Positions 1-9,240 of a DNA stretch of 62,974 nucleotides are shown piece after piece. How positions within the stretch are numbered: the first letter of the stretch is position 1; each line of letters opens with the position of its first letter. The notes under the pieces were generated by a model. That model was not told the origin of the DNA and did no database searches. It saw nothing but the letters and a program-made list of their open reading frames with translations. Source of the stretch: a virus (Duplodnaviria; Caudoviricetes). Location of the stretch: IMG/VR virus record IMGVR_UViG_3300017989_000118, positions 1 to 62,974 of that record, one strand, 5' to 3'. Both the position numbers and the translations under genes were made by a program.

Positions 1-113
1 GTCCGAACCTAAACGCTCGTGGAGAGGTAGGCTCTGGCCCGTTTCGGGTGAAACCCATGCCTCGATGAAGCAAGAACCTGCGGTGTGTCCTATAATTGGA
101 CACACTCAAGCAG
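1..113 (+). ncRNA. 3' part of a TnpB-associated omegaRNA (reRNA) scaffold / right end of an IS607- or IS200/IS605-type element, truncated by the window start
   Basis: ACGCTCGTGGAGAGGTAGGCTCTGG...GTGAAACC...GCCTCGATGAAGCAAGAA follows the typical tnpB 3'-end pattern (peptide traces NARGEVGSG and ASMKQE); hairpin GTGTGTCC-TATAATT-GGACACAC at 83-105; ends ...AAGCAG at 113. Recognised from family knowledge. Confidence 0.7.
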
Positions 114-139
114 GACAGTTAGGTAAGCCTGCCCCCAAC

Positions 140-152
140 TTCTATTGTTTAA
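140..152 (+). promoter_or_regulatory. Copy of recurrent AT-rich upstream motif (TTCTATTGTTTAA), candidate phage late promoter
   Basis: Ends 29 nt before the start at 181; similar motifs precede many other genes (see findings). Confidence 0.5.
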
Positions 153-189
153 GGCCACCCCCGTTCCACGGAGGTGGCCTTTGTCTTTT
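151..189 (+). terminator. Stem-loop followed by a T-rich tract, overlapping the RBS of the first CDS
   Basis: AAGGCCACC(151-159) pairs with GGTGGCCTT(173/174-182), followed by TGTCTTTT; GGAGGT SD at 170-175 lies in the 3' arm. Confidence 0.5.
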
Positions 190-756
190 GCAACGACATA
201 CGTCGCAGTCGGCGAGATTTTCGTCGGGCGGGTGAACTTCAAGCACCCGGCCACGAATGAGCTGATACAGGTGCATTCGCCGACGATGTCGATCGTCACG
301 CACGACGACCCTAGGGGCCTCGACGCCGAGAGGGTCATCCTGCCGCCCTCGCCGATGATGCAGGTGAGGGAGGGGGTCTATGTGCTCGGCGTGCGAATAG
401 ACTCGCAGTTCGAGATGTTCAAGACGTATTTCGTCAGCTATGACGCGGTCATACCGGATCCGGTAGACGGCTCACTGCTGTTCAGGGTGCACGAGGAGGA
501 GAGGCTCCGCATAGCGGACTTCCGCACGGCGATACCGCACTATCACGTCTCGCCGACGGAGATCATTCTCCTGAGCTACTACTACTCGGACTACAGCGGG
601 TGCGGATGCTGGGTTTTCCCGCAAGGCCCGTTCTTCGTGAACGGCGGAAGCGCGGGCGGGGCCGGCTCGTGCGGCGGCGAGTACCCGCAGTACCCGGACG
701 GCAACACGAACCTGGGCTGCTGCAACGATTTCGGGATGAACTTCAGCCTTGAGTAG
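181..756 (+). CDS. Hypothetical virion protein; Ig-like N-terminal domain and Tyr/Cys/Gly-rich tail
   Basis: TTG start behind GGAGGT; N-terminal domain resembles the N-terminus of 1299..2252 (P...V..G(V/I)Y); C-terminal YYYSDYSGCGCWVF. Confidence 0.6.
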   Translation: MSFATTYVAVGEIFVGRVNFKHPATNELIQVHSPTMSIVTHDDPRGLDAERVILPPSPMMQVREGVYVLGVRIDSQFEMFKTYFVSYDAVIPDPVDGSLLFRVHEEERLRIADFRTAIPHYHVSPTEIILLSYYYSDYSGCGCWVFPQGPFFVNGGSAGGAGSCGGEYPQYPDGNTNLGCCNDFGMNFSLE

Positions 757-764
757 GGGGTAGG

Positions 765-1298
765 GTGTCGTACCACGTGGCATCGAGATTGGTAAAAGCC
801 GCTGCGAGGCCGCCTGTCCTATTGGACGGCTCGATGACGTCCGGCGCCGGCGGAGCCGTGCGGGACACGGTCCGCCAGATGAGGTCCGCCAGGAAACGGG
901 TGGCCGAGGTGATTGGGTTCGTGCCCTCGCGGGACCTCGCCGGGGTCAGTCGTGTCATCGTGGAGGCCGGCCGCGAGGCCCCCGCCCTGGAGGGCGAGGA
1001 GCTGCTGGTGGGTCCCAAGGTCGGGGTAGAGGAGACGCTCAGGCTGTTCGGCGGGAAGGCGTACGAGTCCTTGGACGAGCCGGAGAGCGGGAGGTGGCTG
1101 GACGTGTTCCAGCGAGAGACGAACGCAGGCAAGAGGGTTGTCACCGCCTCGGGTGCCTCCGCCAAGTTCGTGGAGGCGTATATGGACTTTCACCTGCGCC
1201 CGAGGAAGCTGCGCGGCGAGTCGCCGCTGATGTACGGGTTCTTCGAGAGGGTGTACGGCAAGCGCACCGACCAGTTGTGGGACATCGTGGGGAGATAG
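765..1298 (+). CDS. Hypothetical protein, possibly a catalytically dead zincin-like fold; N-terminal HVASRLVKAA motif
   Basis: 177-aa ORF in operon; C-terminal KFVEAYMDFHLRPRKLRGESPLMYGFFE resembles anthrax-LF/MtfA-type zincin C-termini, but no HExxH is present. Confidence 0.55.
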   Translation: MSYHVASRLVKAAARPPVLLDGSMTSGAGGAVRDTVRQMRSARKRVAEVIGFVPSRDLAGVSRVIVEAGREAPALEGEELLVGPKVGVEETLRLFGGKAYESLDEPESGRWLDVFQRETNAGKRVVTASGASAKFVEAYMDFHLRPRKLRGESPLMYGFFERVYGKRTDQLWDIVGR

Positions 1299-2252
1299 AT
1301 GGCCATAGAGCTATACCAAGGCGAGTCGTCGAGTCCCAGCGATCTGGTGATAAAGTTCAGCCGGACGGAGAACGGCCAGAAGGTGTATATCGATCCGTAC
1401 AGCGTGACGTACAGCCTGATGGACTCGACCACCGGGCAGGACCTCGGCATCGGCAGGCCGTTCAAGCTCCCGGTGAAGGTGCAGACCGGAATCTACTACG
1501 CGCCGTGGACAGTGCCGCTGGACGAGCCGGCTGGTCCGCATCGGGTTAGGTGGACCTTCAAGGAGTCGGCGTCGTCTCCGACCCAGGCCGTCTACACGGA
1601 CTTCGATGTCAAGGCCATACAGCGGTGCGACGTCCCGGAGTTCGGCGACTGCATGAATGAGCTGATAAGGCAGTTGCGGATGCTGTTGCGGGACGACAAC
1701 CCGGACAGAGACTACCATTTCCAGCCCCCGACCTCCGAGAAGGAGATAGCCGGGTTCACGCAGATACGCGGTTTCCGGTGGCCGGACGATCACTTGGCTG
1801 AGTTCATCCTCCTGGGGCTGGACGAGGTGAACGGCGGGGCACAGCCGCCGACGGATTTCGCGCTGGACGATCTGTGCTCCGGAGGGTCGGCGGCCATGTG
1901 GAGGCCTCTGGTCTTCATGTTCGCAAGGGCTCACGCGTTCGAGTCGCTATCCTCTCTGTGGATCAACGAGGAGTTCGACTACAGCCTGAACGGTGTCTCG
2001 CTGTCCATTTCGCGGTACGACAAGTACTCCTCGCTGGGACAGCAGCTTTACCAGTCGGCCAACGAGCGTCTCATAGAGCAGAAGAAGACCGTCAAGATAG
2101 TCAGGGGCTTGGCGCAGAGCAGATACACACTGAGCCGGGGAGCTGCGCTCGGCCCGTGGACGGGCGGCAGCGGGAACCTGCGGAGATGGTTCGTCGGGGC
2201 CGGGCAGCACTCCGGCTACAGGCCCGGCACAATGAGAGGTGGCGGCTTCTAG
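1299..2252 (+). CDS. Putative head-tail adaptor (neck) protein with N-terminal Ig-like domain
   Basis: LIRQLRMLLRD...W.DD.L..FI...L..VN...PPT.F and EEFDYSLNGVSLSISR.DKY, a helical connector-like pattern; position at the start of the neck/tail module. Confidence 0.6.
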   Translation: MAIELYQGESSSPSDLVIKFSRTENGQKVYIDPYSVTYSLMDSTTGQDLGIGRPFKLPVKVQTGIYYAPWTVPLDEPAGPHRVRWTFKESASSPTQAVYTDFDVKAIQRCDVPEFGDCMNELIRQLRMLLRDDNPDRDYHFQPPTSEKEIAGFTQIRGFRWPDDHLAEFILLGLDEVNGGAQPPTDFALDDLCSGGSAAMWRPLVFMFARAHAFESLSSLWINEEFDYSLNGVSLSISRYDKYSSLGQQLYQSANERLIEQKKTVKIVRGLAQSRYTLSRGAALGPWTGGSGNLRRWFVGAGQHSGYRPGTMRGGGF

Positions 2253-2295
2253 CTATAATCCCGGGGATTCGTTGGCCTCCAGGAGGAGGGATGGC

Positions 2296-2829
2296 GTGGA
2301 CTGGACCATTCCCGACAACTTCGACTGGCGGCTGTATCACGAACTGAACCCGGCGGAGTACGACTGGCCGATGGTGCTGGGTCCCCCGGGAGAGTGCCGC
2401 GATAGGGTCGCTGAGCCACATCCAAACATCCGCGTGGGTTCCAGCGTGACCGCCATACCCGCCGACACCGATCTAGTGATCAACGCCGCAAACGACTGCC
2501 AGAAAAGACGGGACGTCGGCGACAGGGAATACATGTGGTTCCCGCTCACGGACCCTTTCTCCCAGAAGTCGCCCAAGCTGTTCGCCAAGGCCGTCCGGGC
2601 CGTCGTCGAGGGCGTATGCGATTCCCGCACGATATTCCTGCACTGCCTGTGCGGCGTGAACAGGAGCGTGAGCGTCGCCGCCGCCGCCGCCGCGATCATA
2701 CGAGACGAGGGCGTCGTGGATGTGCTGGTGGAGATGTCCGAGCAGAGGCCGGAGGTCTACCCCGACGAGGCGTACATAGTGTTGGGGCAGTGGCTCAACG
2801 GCGAGCTTCCGGACATAGGCGTTTTATGA
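2296..2829 (+). CDS. Dual-specificity / protein-tyrosine phosphatase family protein
   Basis: Catalytic loop FLHCLCGVNRS (HCxxGxxRS), upstream FPLTD acid loop, VINAA and downstream RP motifs; GTG 2296 follows GGAGG (alternative start 2239). Confidence 0.9.
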   Translation: MDWTIPDNFDWRLYHELNPAEYDWPMVLGPPGECRDRVAEPHPNIRVGSSVTAIPADTDLVINAANDCQKRRDVGDREYMWFPLTDPFSQKSPKLFAKAVRAVVEGVCDSRTIFLHCLCGVNRSVSVAAAAAAIIRDEGVVDVLVEMSEQRPEVYPDEAYIVLGQWLNGELPDIGVL

Positions 2830-2853
2830 AGTTCTTGCACTCCCCGAGAGGCG

Positions 2854-3222
2854 ATGGGCGACAGTTCCAAGGACATCATACGCAGGGCAATACAGCACCT
2901 GGACGCTAGGCGCGACGAGGAAGAAGATCGCATACGCGCCGCGGTGCGCAAGAAGGTGACCGGAATAATCACCGACCTGTCGGATGTCAGGGAGGCGTCC
3001 AGACACACGGACGACGAGCTGCTGGACCTGGCCATCAGCGCGGCAGGGGAGTACGCGTCCATGTCCGACCGTACGGGCGTGTACGAGCGTGTTCTGGAGG
3101 AGCTCGACACCGCCGGGTGCGACCGACCGAGGTCATACCACATCCTCGCCCGTCTGGCCGACGAGGTCGACTCCATGCTGGAGCGCAACGACATCGAGAG
3201 GCAGACGGATAACCCGCAGTAG
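2854..3222 (+). CDS. Hypothetical helical protein
   Basis: 122-aa ORF with GAGG SD and upstream AT-rich motif. Confidence 0.6.
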   Translation: MGDSSKDIIRRAIQHLDARRDEEEDRIRAAVRKKVTGIITDLSDVREASRHTDDELLDLAISAAGEYASMSDRTGVYERVLEELDTAGCDRPRSYHILARLADEVDSMLERNDIERQTDNPQ

Positions 3223-3270
3223 TCATGGTTTGTTGATGTTTGACGCCCCCCGCAGGCTCGGGAGGATCCG

Positions 3271-5244
3271 ATGGGAGAGTCCAGGGCGAGCGTGCCCTCA
3301 TATGGCGCGTACATCCCCCGAAACGTGATAGTAAGCCACCCCGCCATCCGCGGGGCGCTTGACCTGCGCTGGGACGACGCGTCCCATGTGGATCCGTCCA
3401 TAATCGGGTACAACATCTACCGCAGCCAAGTCGAGCTGGTCGAGACGTTCCGCCGCATCAACCGGGATTTGGTACAGGCGAACTTCTACCGCGACGGCAT
3501 CCGCGACGATGTGATTGTCGAGGATGTGAGTGACCAGTTCGCGAGGGTAGAAGGCCATTTCGGCGATCCGAACGACAGGTTCGATCGGGTGGGCATCGAC
3601 ACCTCTCGCTGGATCATATCGGATCCGGACGAGATTCTGAGCCAGCAGACGAATCTCCGTTTCCGCGACAAGTTCGGGTTGGACCGGGTCGCGTACGTGG
3701 ACAGCAGGTTCCTGCTTGAGGGCGACTTCGACGCCGAGGTCTCGTATCGGGTCCGTAGGCTCGACGAGATTGAGTCCGGCGAGTCCGGGGGGTTTCTGTG
3801 GGTGGCGCTGTCGGGGAACGGCGGCGTGAGGATGATAAGGCGACGGACCGTGTCAGACGACGGGATGGCCGTCGAGAGGGTCGCAGCAGACGGCACGGTG
3901 GCGACCTTGGCCTTCCGTAGCGCGGCGGACCTCGCCGCTGGCCGGGACATCGGGAAGATGCGAATCGTCCGGTCTGGCAGGGACTTCACCTTCGCCTATG
4001 ACGACGGCGACGAGGCAGTGCTCCTGCACACGGAGACCGATGTCGGGGACGAGATCGCCATGGTCAGGATCGGGGGCCAGAGTGGGAGGAACGACTCCGT
4101 CGGCTCGGCGGACACATTCTTCGAGTTCGCCGGGTGGGTGGTGCATGAGGCCACCGCCGTCAAGGCGTGGGTCTCGCCCGACCCGAACATGTGGCTCCGG
4201 GGAGGCGAACAGAGTCCGCCAGATCAGCTCGTGCCGGACTCGGCGTTCATAATCAGCCTGTGCCACGCTCCGGTCGTGGACGACCGCGGCCAGAACCGCG
4301 CGACAGACGACACGAGCCAGATCAAGGTGATGGTCGATGGCCGCGAGGCGGAGGTCATGGTCCTCAACGGCACCCAGGGCCGCGTGGCCGTCGCGTCCTT
4401 CCCCGTGTACGACGATGTCCTGAAGAGGTGGGCCGACAGGCCGCTGCCGAACTTCGGGAGCCACGTGACCGTGGAGTACCGGACAAACACGAACACGGCC
4501 GACACCACGCTGGACAGGAAGCTTTTCTATCGGGTCACCGCCGTGTGCGAGGACGCGGACGGGAACCGCAGGGAGACGGAACTATCCAAGGCCCCCGCCG
4601 CCCGGCTGGGCGGCGACGGGATGACGTACTATTGGGAAGAGGCCGTGCGCCGCAACAAGTGGATTCTCGAGCAGGGCGGACACAGAGCGCAGCTCTACAT
4701 CGCCAAGAAGGTCGGCGAGAAGTGCCCCCTGTGCAAGGAGGTGGAGCACACCCACAACCACCCCCGCGCGGATTGCAGGACATGCTTCGGCACCGGGTTC
4801 GTCGGCGGATACGAGGGTCCGTACGACGTCATAATCTCGCCGCCCTTCGCCGAGACCAAGGTCGAGCACGGCGAGAGAGGGTACAGGTTCATCAAGCAGC
4901 CGGAGGTGTGGATGACATCCACGCCGCTTGTTAGCCAGAGGGACTTCATGTTCCTCCGGGACGGCAAGTGCTACGCGGTCGGGCCGATAACCCAGGTGGA
5001 GGTGCGCAACCACACGGTCCTACAGCAGCACTTCTCCATAAGCGCCCTGGACAGCGGCGACACCAGGTACGCCTTCGTGCGGAGGGAGTCCCTGGCCGAC
5101 AGGCTGCCCACGGAGGAAAGCGAATCCCTCAAAGGTACGGACCAGCATCCGCAGGGCAAGGAGATCAGGCAGGACGGCACCAGCCGCAACCACAGCATCA
5201 GGAAGACGCCGGGGGACACCACGTTCGAGAACCACCTGTACTAG
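3271..5244 (+). CDS. Putative neck/head-closure protein with FN3-like, inserted lectin-like and Zn-finger domains
   Basis: GYNIYRS...FYRVTAV FN3-like frame; C-terminal CPLC...CRTCFGTGFVGGY typical of large-myophage neck proteins; central LEGDFDAEV ConA/lectin-like insert. Confidence 0.65.
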   Translation: MGESRASVPSYGAYIPRNVIVSHPAIRGALDLRWDDASHVDPSIIGYNIYRSQVELVETFRRINRDLVQANFYRDGIRDDVIVEDVSDQFARVEGHFGDPNDRFDRVGIDTSRWIISDPDEILSQQTNLRFRDKFGLDRVAYVDSRFLLEGDFDAEVSYRVRRLDEIESGESGGFLWVALSGNGGVRMIRRRTVSDDGMAVERVAADGTVATLAFRSAADLAAGRDIGKMRIVRSGRDFTFAYDDGDEAVLLHTETDVGDEIAMVRIGGQSGRNDSVGSADTFFEFAGWVVHEATAVKAWVSPDPNMWLRGGEQSPPDQLVPDSAFIISLCHAPVVDDRGQNRATDDTSQIKVMVDGREAEVMVLNGTQGRVAVASFPVYDDVLKRWADRPLPNFGSHVTVEYRTNTNTADTTLDRKLFYRVTAVCEDADGNRRETELSKAPAARLGGDGMTYYWEEAVRRNKWILEQGGHRAQLYIAKKVGEKCPLCKEVEHTHNHPRADCRTCFGTGFVGGYEGPYDVIISPPFAETKVEHGERGYRFIKQPEVWMTSTPLVSQRDFMFLRDGKCYAVGPITQVEVRNHTVLQQHFSISALDSGDTRYAFVRRESLADRLPTEESESLKGTDQHPQGKEIRQDGTSRNHSIRKTPGDTTFENHLY

Positions 5245-5262
5245 GCCCGGCAAGGAGGGAAA

Positions 5263-5922
5263 ATGGCTGACGTCTTCACGCCGCTGACAAGACGACTGAA
5301 CAGGGGTCCAGTCGCCAACCACGACGCCACGCAGTTGCGCCCGACATCCCTTCCGCCGAACTCCATTCCGCCGGCCGGGCAGTCCTTCATGGGCCCGATA
5401 GACGTCAGGCAGCCGCTGTGCCCGCAGGAGGTGGGGGGCCGGCCCGTGCCTGACAGGATCGCCAGGCCCAACGACGACGTGACGGACAACGTGCTCATCA
5501 GCCCCGGAAGGCAGACGATCGTGTTCCAGGAGTCCCAGTTCGACCTTTACCCGATTTACTCTCTGATTGCGATACAGAGGGACAGGGACGATCGCGCCCA
5601 TTTCGACAACAACCTGCGCAGCCCGCAGAAGACAGTCGGGTTGCCCAACTGGATGTCCCTGCCGCGGATCGAACCGATAAAGGATCCGCCGAGGAAGCAG
5701 CCGTCATACGGCCACATCCAGGTTCCGAACGACCTGCCGCAGAAGGAGACCAAGGGTCCGCAGCCGTGCGTGGGTCGGCTCCTGCGGATCGACACCGGGC
5801 CCGCCAAATCGTTCGCCAAAATCGCCAGGGAGTTTGAGGAGTTCGAGGGCGAGTCGTCCGGCTCCGCCACGGAGGTCACACTAGAATCCGGCGGAGGCGA
5901 TGTTTGCGGGAACTCACCGTAG
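5263..5922 (+). CDS. Hypothetical Pro-rich protein
   Basis: 219-aa ORF with AGGAGG SD. Confidence 0.65.
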   Translation: MADVFTPLTRRLNRGPVANHDATQLRPTSLPPNSIPPAGQSFMGPIDVRQPLCPQEVGGRPVPDRIARPNDDVTDNVLISPGRQTIVFQESQFDLYPIYSLIAIQRDRDDRAHFDNNLRSPQKTVGLPNWMSLPRIEPIKDPPRKQPSYGHIQVPNDLPQKETKGPQPCVGRLLRIDTGPAKSFAKIAREFEEFEGESSGSATEVTLESGGGDVCGNSP

Positions 5923-7187
5923 CCATTCTGGTGGATAGGGACGAACCCGATCCGGCCCCGCTCGTGCGGGGGTTGAGGGGCATCGGTGCGAGGTCCGTAC
6001 GGGTGGTTCGAGACGCCAGGGAGTTCGTTTCGGCCGGTTGCCCGGCAACCGTGCTCGTCGCCCTCTGCCCCTCGTGGGCGATATACGACGCCATGTGCCA
6101 TGGCCTGATCGTGGCGACATGCCAGCAGAATAGATTCCTGTGGCACATGAACAACTCCGTGAGGGTGCCCTCGCGGGGGATGATACCCGCAGCCCTGAAG
6201 CGGTTAGTGGACAACGAGTACTTGGCTCAGATCATTCGCGGGCAAGCCGAGAGGATTCGGCTGCGATGCGGCCGGAAGGAGTTCTCTGAGAGCTTTGCCA
6301 CCCAGCCGCCGCCACCCCCGGCCGCCCCCGCCGACTGCCGTCAGCCAGCGCAGGAGCGCCCCGAGCCGGAGCGGTCGCAACCGGTCCCGATACAGAATCC
6401 GCTGCCGGAGGAATCGAAGGTGTCGGTGGTCATGCCCTGCTACAACGACGAGAATGTCATAGGGGACTCGGCAAGGTCGGTCCTGGCACAGGCATGGCAG
6501 AACTTGGAACTCGTCATAGTGGACGACGGGAGCACTGACGGGACGCGAAACGAGATTGCGAAGATAGCGGACTCCGATGACCGCGTTACGGTGTCGTACA
6601 AGCCGAACGGCGGTCCATCGAGCGCCAGGAACTTCGGGCTGAACCTCGTCGATCCGGAGTCGGAGTACATCGCCTTTCTCGACAGCGACGACGCCTGGGA
6701 CAGGGAGTTCCTCTCCAAACTCATCCGCGCCCTCCGGGCGGCCCCACCCTCCGTGGCTTTCGCGTACTGCAACAGCGAGGTGTCGCTGGACGGCGAGTTC
6801 AAGGAGGTGGCCGGGGTCGAGTATAGCTGGCCGAAGCTGATCAACGGCTGGGGCATAATACCGACCGGGACATTCGTACTGACGCGGGAGGCAATCGAGG
6901 TGGCGGGTCCGTTCGACGAGGAGATTGAGCGGGGCGAGGACCTGGAGTGGATGTGGCGGGTGGGGCTTCACTGGGATTTCGTGCATGTCGACGAAACGCT
7001 GCACCGATACCAGAGGGAGAGTGGCGGACAACTGGCGACCTCGCCGGTGAACATAGAGCTGCTGGAGAGACGGCGAAGGGAGTGCTTGTCCCTGAGGGGT
7101 CCCTCCGACGCCCCCGTGAGTCCCGAGCGCCGGCCCGGGGGAACCCGCAGCAGCATAGCGTCCGGGCGAAAGAGAGGTCCGCAGTGA
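5904..7187 (+). CDS. Glycosyltransferase family 2 with degenerate GT-B-like N-terminal region
   Basis: VSVVMPCYN, IVDDGSTD, NGGPSSARNFGL, FLDSDD, GPFDE..GEDLEW motifs. Confidence 0.92.
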   Translation: MRELTVAILVDRDEPDPAPLVRGLRGIGARSVRVVRDAREFVSAGCPATVLVALCPSWAIYDAMCHGLIVATCQQNRFLWHMNNSVRVPSRGMIPAALKRLVDNEYLAQIIRGQAERIRLRCGRKEFSESFATQPPPPPAAPADCRQPAQERPEPERSQPVPIQNPLPEESKVSVVMPCYNDENVIGDSARSVLAQAWQNLELVIVDDGSTDGTRNEIAKIADSDDRVTVSYKPNGGPSSARNFGLNLVDPESEYIAFLDSDDAWDREFLSKLIRALRAAPPSVAFAYCNSEVSLDGEFKEVAGVEYSWPKLINGWGIIPTGTFVLTREAIEVAGPFDEEIERGEDLEWMWRVGLHWDFVHVDETLHRYQRESGGQLATSPVNIELLERRRRECLSLRGPSDAPVSPERRPGGTRSSIASGRKRGPQ

Positions 7188-7966
7188 GGGGCAAGGCATA
7201 CATACTCTTCATCACGCACAACAGGCTCGGCTTCAGCAGGATAACACTGCCGCACCTGCTGGAATCCGGCGGATACCACAACTACACCGTGTCGGTGGTG
7301 GACAATGCTTCCACGGACGGAACACGCGAGTGGCTGGCGGGCCTGACCCACCCGAGGTTGAGGGGGATAACCTTCAACGACGAGAACCTACCGCTGCGGG
7401 AGGTCACGAACAGGTTCTGGTCCGAGAGCGCGGACGCCGAGTTCCTGGGGAAGGTCGACAACGACACCATCATTCCGGTGGGTTTCATCGGACAAGCCGT
7501 CAAGGCGATACTGAATCCGATCAAGATGGGCGCCGTGGGGGCCATGCACTTCGAGCCGACCGACGCGATGTCTGTCCGGACGAGCGCCTTCGCGCAGAAT
7601 CTGCGGCGGCTGCCGAACGGCGCGAGAATCCTGCTGCAAAGGCACTTGGGCGGCTGCTGCTACCTGATCCGATCGTCGGTGGTGTCGCGGCACGGCTATA
7701 TGCAGGACGCGGGCTACATGAAGGGCGGCTGGACGGAGTACCAGTGGAAACTGTCTCACAACGGCTACCCGGCGGCCTACCTGTACCCGTTCATGTTCGC
7801 CAAGCACCTCGATGATCCCGGATTCCGCATAACTGCGGCGCAGCTTGGAGAGAAGATAGCGCCAGAGGATCCGGAGGATGTTTTCCGGGCGAAGGAGAGG
7901 AAAAGCGTGGCAGACCTGCTCTCGGACGCATCCGTGAGCGGGCTACTCCCGAGGTTCAGGGGCTGA
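7184..7966 (+). CDS. Glycosyltransferase family 2
   Basis: ITHNRL, VVDNASTDGT, KVDND (DxD) motifs; GTG start overlaps the upstream TGA (GTGA). Confidence 0.88.
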   Translation: MRGKAYILFITHNRLGFSRITLPHLLESGGYHNYTVSVVDNASTDGTREWLAGLTHPRLRGITFNDENLPLREVTNRFWSESADAEFLGKVDNDTIIPVGFIGQAVKAILNPIKMGAVGAMHFEPTDAMSVRTSAFAQNLRRLPNGARILLQRHLGGCCYLIRSSVVSRHGYMQDAGYMKGGWTEYQWKLSHNGYPAAYLYPFMFAKHLDDPGFRITAAQLGEKIAPEDPEDVFRAKERKSVADLLSDASVSGLLPRFRG

Positions 7967-9240
7967 TGCAGAACGCGTGCGACATCGTGATGCTGACGAT
8001 GAACAACTACCAGTTCACGGAGGCATGCCTGCGCAGCCTGTTCTCGTGCGACGCGGGGTTTCCGTTCAATGTGCATGTCTTCGACAACGCGAGCAGCGAC
8101 GGCACGCCGGACAACCTGATCCGGGATTTCCGCGGCAAGTTGAGGCTGTGGCGCAGCGACAGCAACCTCGGATTTTCGGGCGGAAACAACAAGGTGCTGG
8201 AGAGGACGAAAAGCAGGTTCGCCTGCCTCCTCAACAACGACACCATCGTCACGCCCGGCTGGTTGGGGGAGATGGTCGCCGCAGCCGAATGCGGCCGCCG
8301 CGTCGGGGTGGTCGGTTCCCGTGGGAACAACGCGAACCCCGAGGGCAGGCCCGAACAGGCGGTGGATCTGGACATAAGCCCGGGTCAGGTAGGCGCCGCC
8401 GAGGAGTTACAGCGGGCCGCCACGCGACTGTCCAGGGCGCAGCCGCGGTTCAGCGAGGCCGCCAGTGTCGTAGGCTACTGCATGCTCCTGAGACGCTCGA
8501 TGCTTAACAGGATAGGCTTGTTGGATACACGGTTCTGGCCCGGAAACTTCGAGGACGATGATCTGTGCCATCGGGCTAGGGAGGCCGGGTACAAGATAGT
8601 TATCGCCAACCGGAGCCTGGTGTACCACTTCGTGTCATCCACCATGAAGTCGGCCACCAGGTGGAGGCACATGTTCCGCGTGAACCGCGGGCTGTTCCGC
8701 TCCAAATGGGTAGAAACCGGAAGGGAGGCTGACATAGGCAGCCGCCCCCGGCCTAGGCTCCGGCTGGCCGTGGAGATGCCTCGCAACCGTGCCGCAGCGC
8801 ACAGGGCCTTGGCCGTGTGTGACGAGCTTCGGCTTCGCGGGTGCCTTGTGCACACCTTTGGTCCACCCACGGACTCACCCCCGCCGGATCGCATGGTGCC
8901 CCATGTGGCGTCCCAGTCGCCCGAGAGAATGTACGCCAGCAGTGCCGTGGTGCTGCATCGACAAGGCCCGCCGGAACTACAGGATGGGAGGGCCCATGTC
9001 AGGTTGGCGTTCGACGGCAAGTATAATCCGTCGAAGCCGTCGCGGCAGCTCGTGATCGGGCGCAAGGAGGACTGGCGGTTCGCGCCGGACTTCGTATCCG
9101 TCCGATGGTCGGGCGAGCACCACAGGGCGCTGCGGGAGGGGGCGAAGAACCGACCCGAGATGTTCCACGAGATGGTGGACAAGATTGAGGATCACCTGCT
9201 CCGCCTCCAGGAGAAGGCATGCGAAGAGACACCCTCATAG
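7966..9240 (+). CDS. Glycosyltransferase family 2 (rhamnosyltransferase-like) with divergent C-terminal region
   Basis: FDNASSDGT, NLGFSGGNN, LLNNDT, GLLDTRF.PGNFEDDDLC.R motifs. Confidence 0.92.
   Translation: MQNACDIVMLTMNNYQFTEACLRSLFSCDAGFPFNVHVFDNASSDGTPDNLIRDFRGKLRLWRSDSNLGFSGGNNKVLERTKSRFACLLNNDTIVTPGWLGEMVAAAECGRRVGVVGSRGNNANPEGRPEQAVDLDISPGQVGAAEELQRAATRLSRAQPRFSEAASVVGYCMLLRRSMLNRIGLLDTRFWPGNFEDDDLCHRAREAGYKIVIANRSLVYHFVSSTMKSATRWRHMFRVNRGLFRSKWVETGREADIGSRPRPRLRLAVEMPRNRAAAHRALAVCDELRLRGCLVHTFGPPTDSPPPDRMVPHVASQSPERMYASSAVVLHRQGPPELQDGRAHVRLAFDGKYNPSKPSRQLVIGRKEDWRFAPDFVSVRWSGEHHRALREGAKNRPEMFHEMVDKIEDHLLRLQEKACEETPS

Noticed and set aside
91-96. TATAAT as a sigma70 -10 box
   Set aside because: It lies in the loop of the omegaRNA terminal hairpin and has no matching -35.
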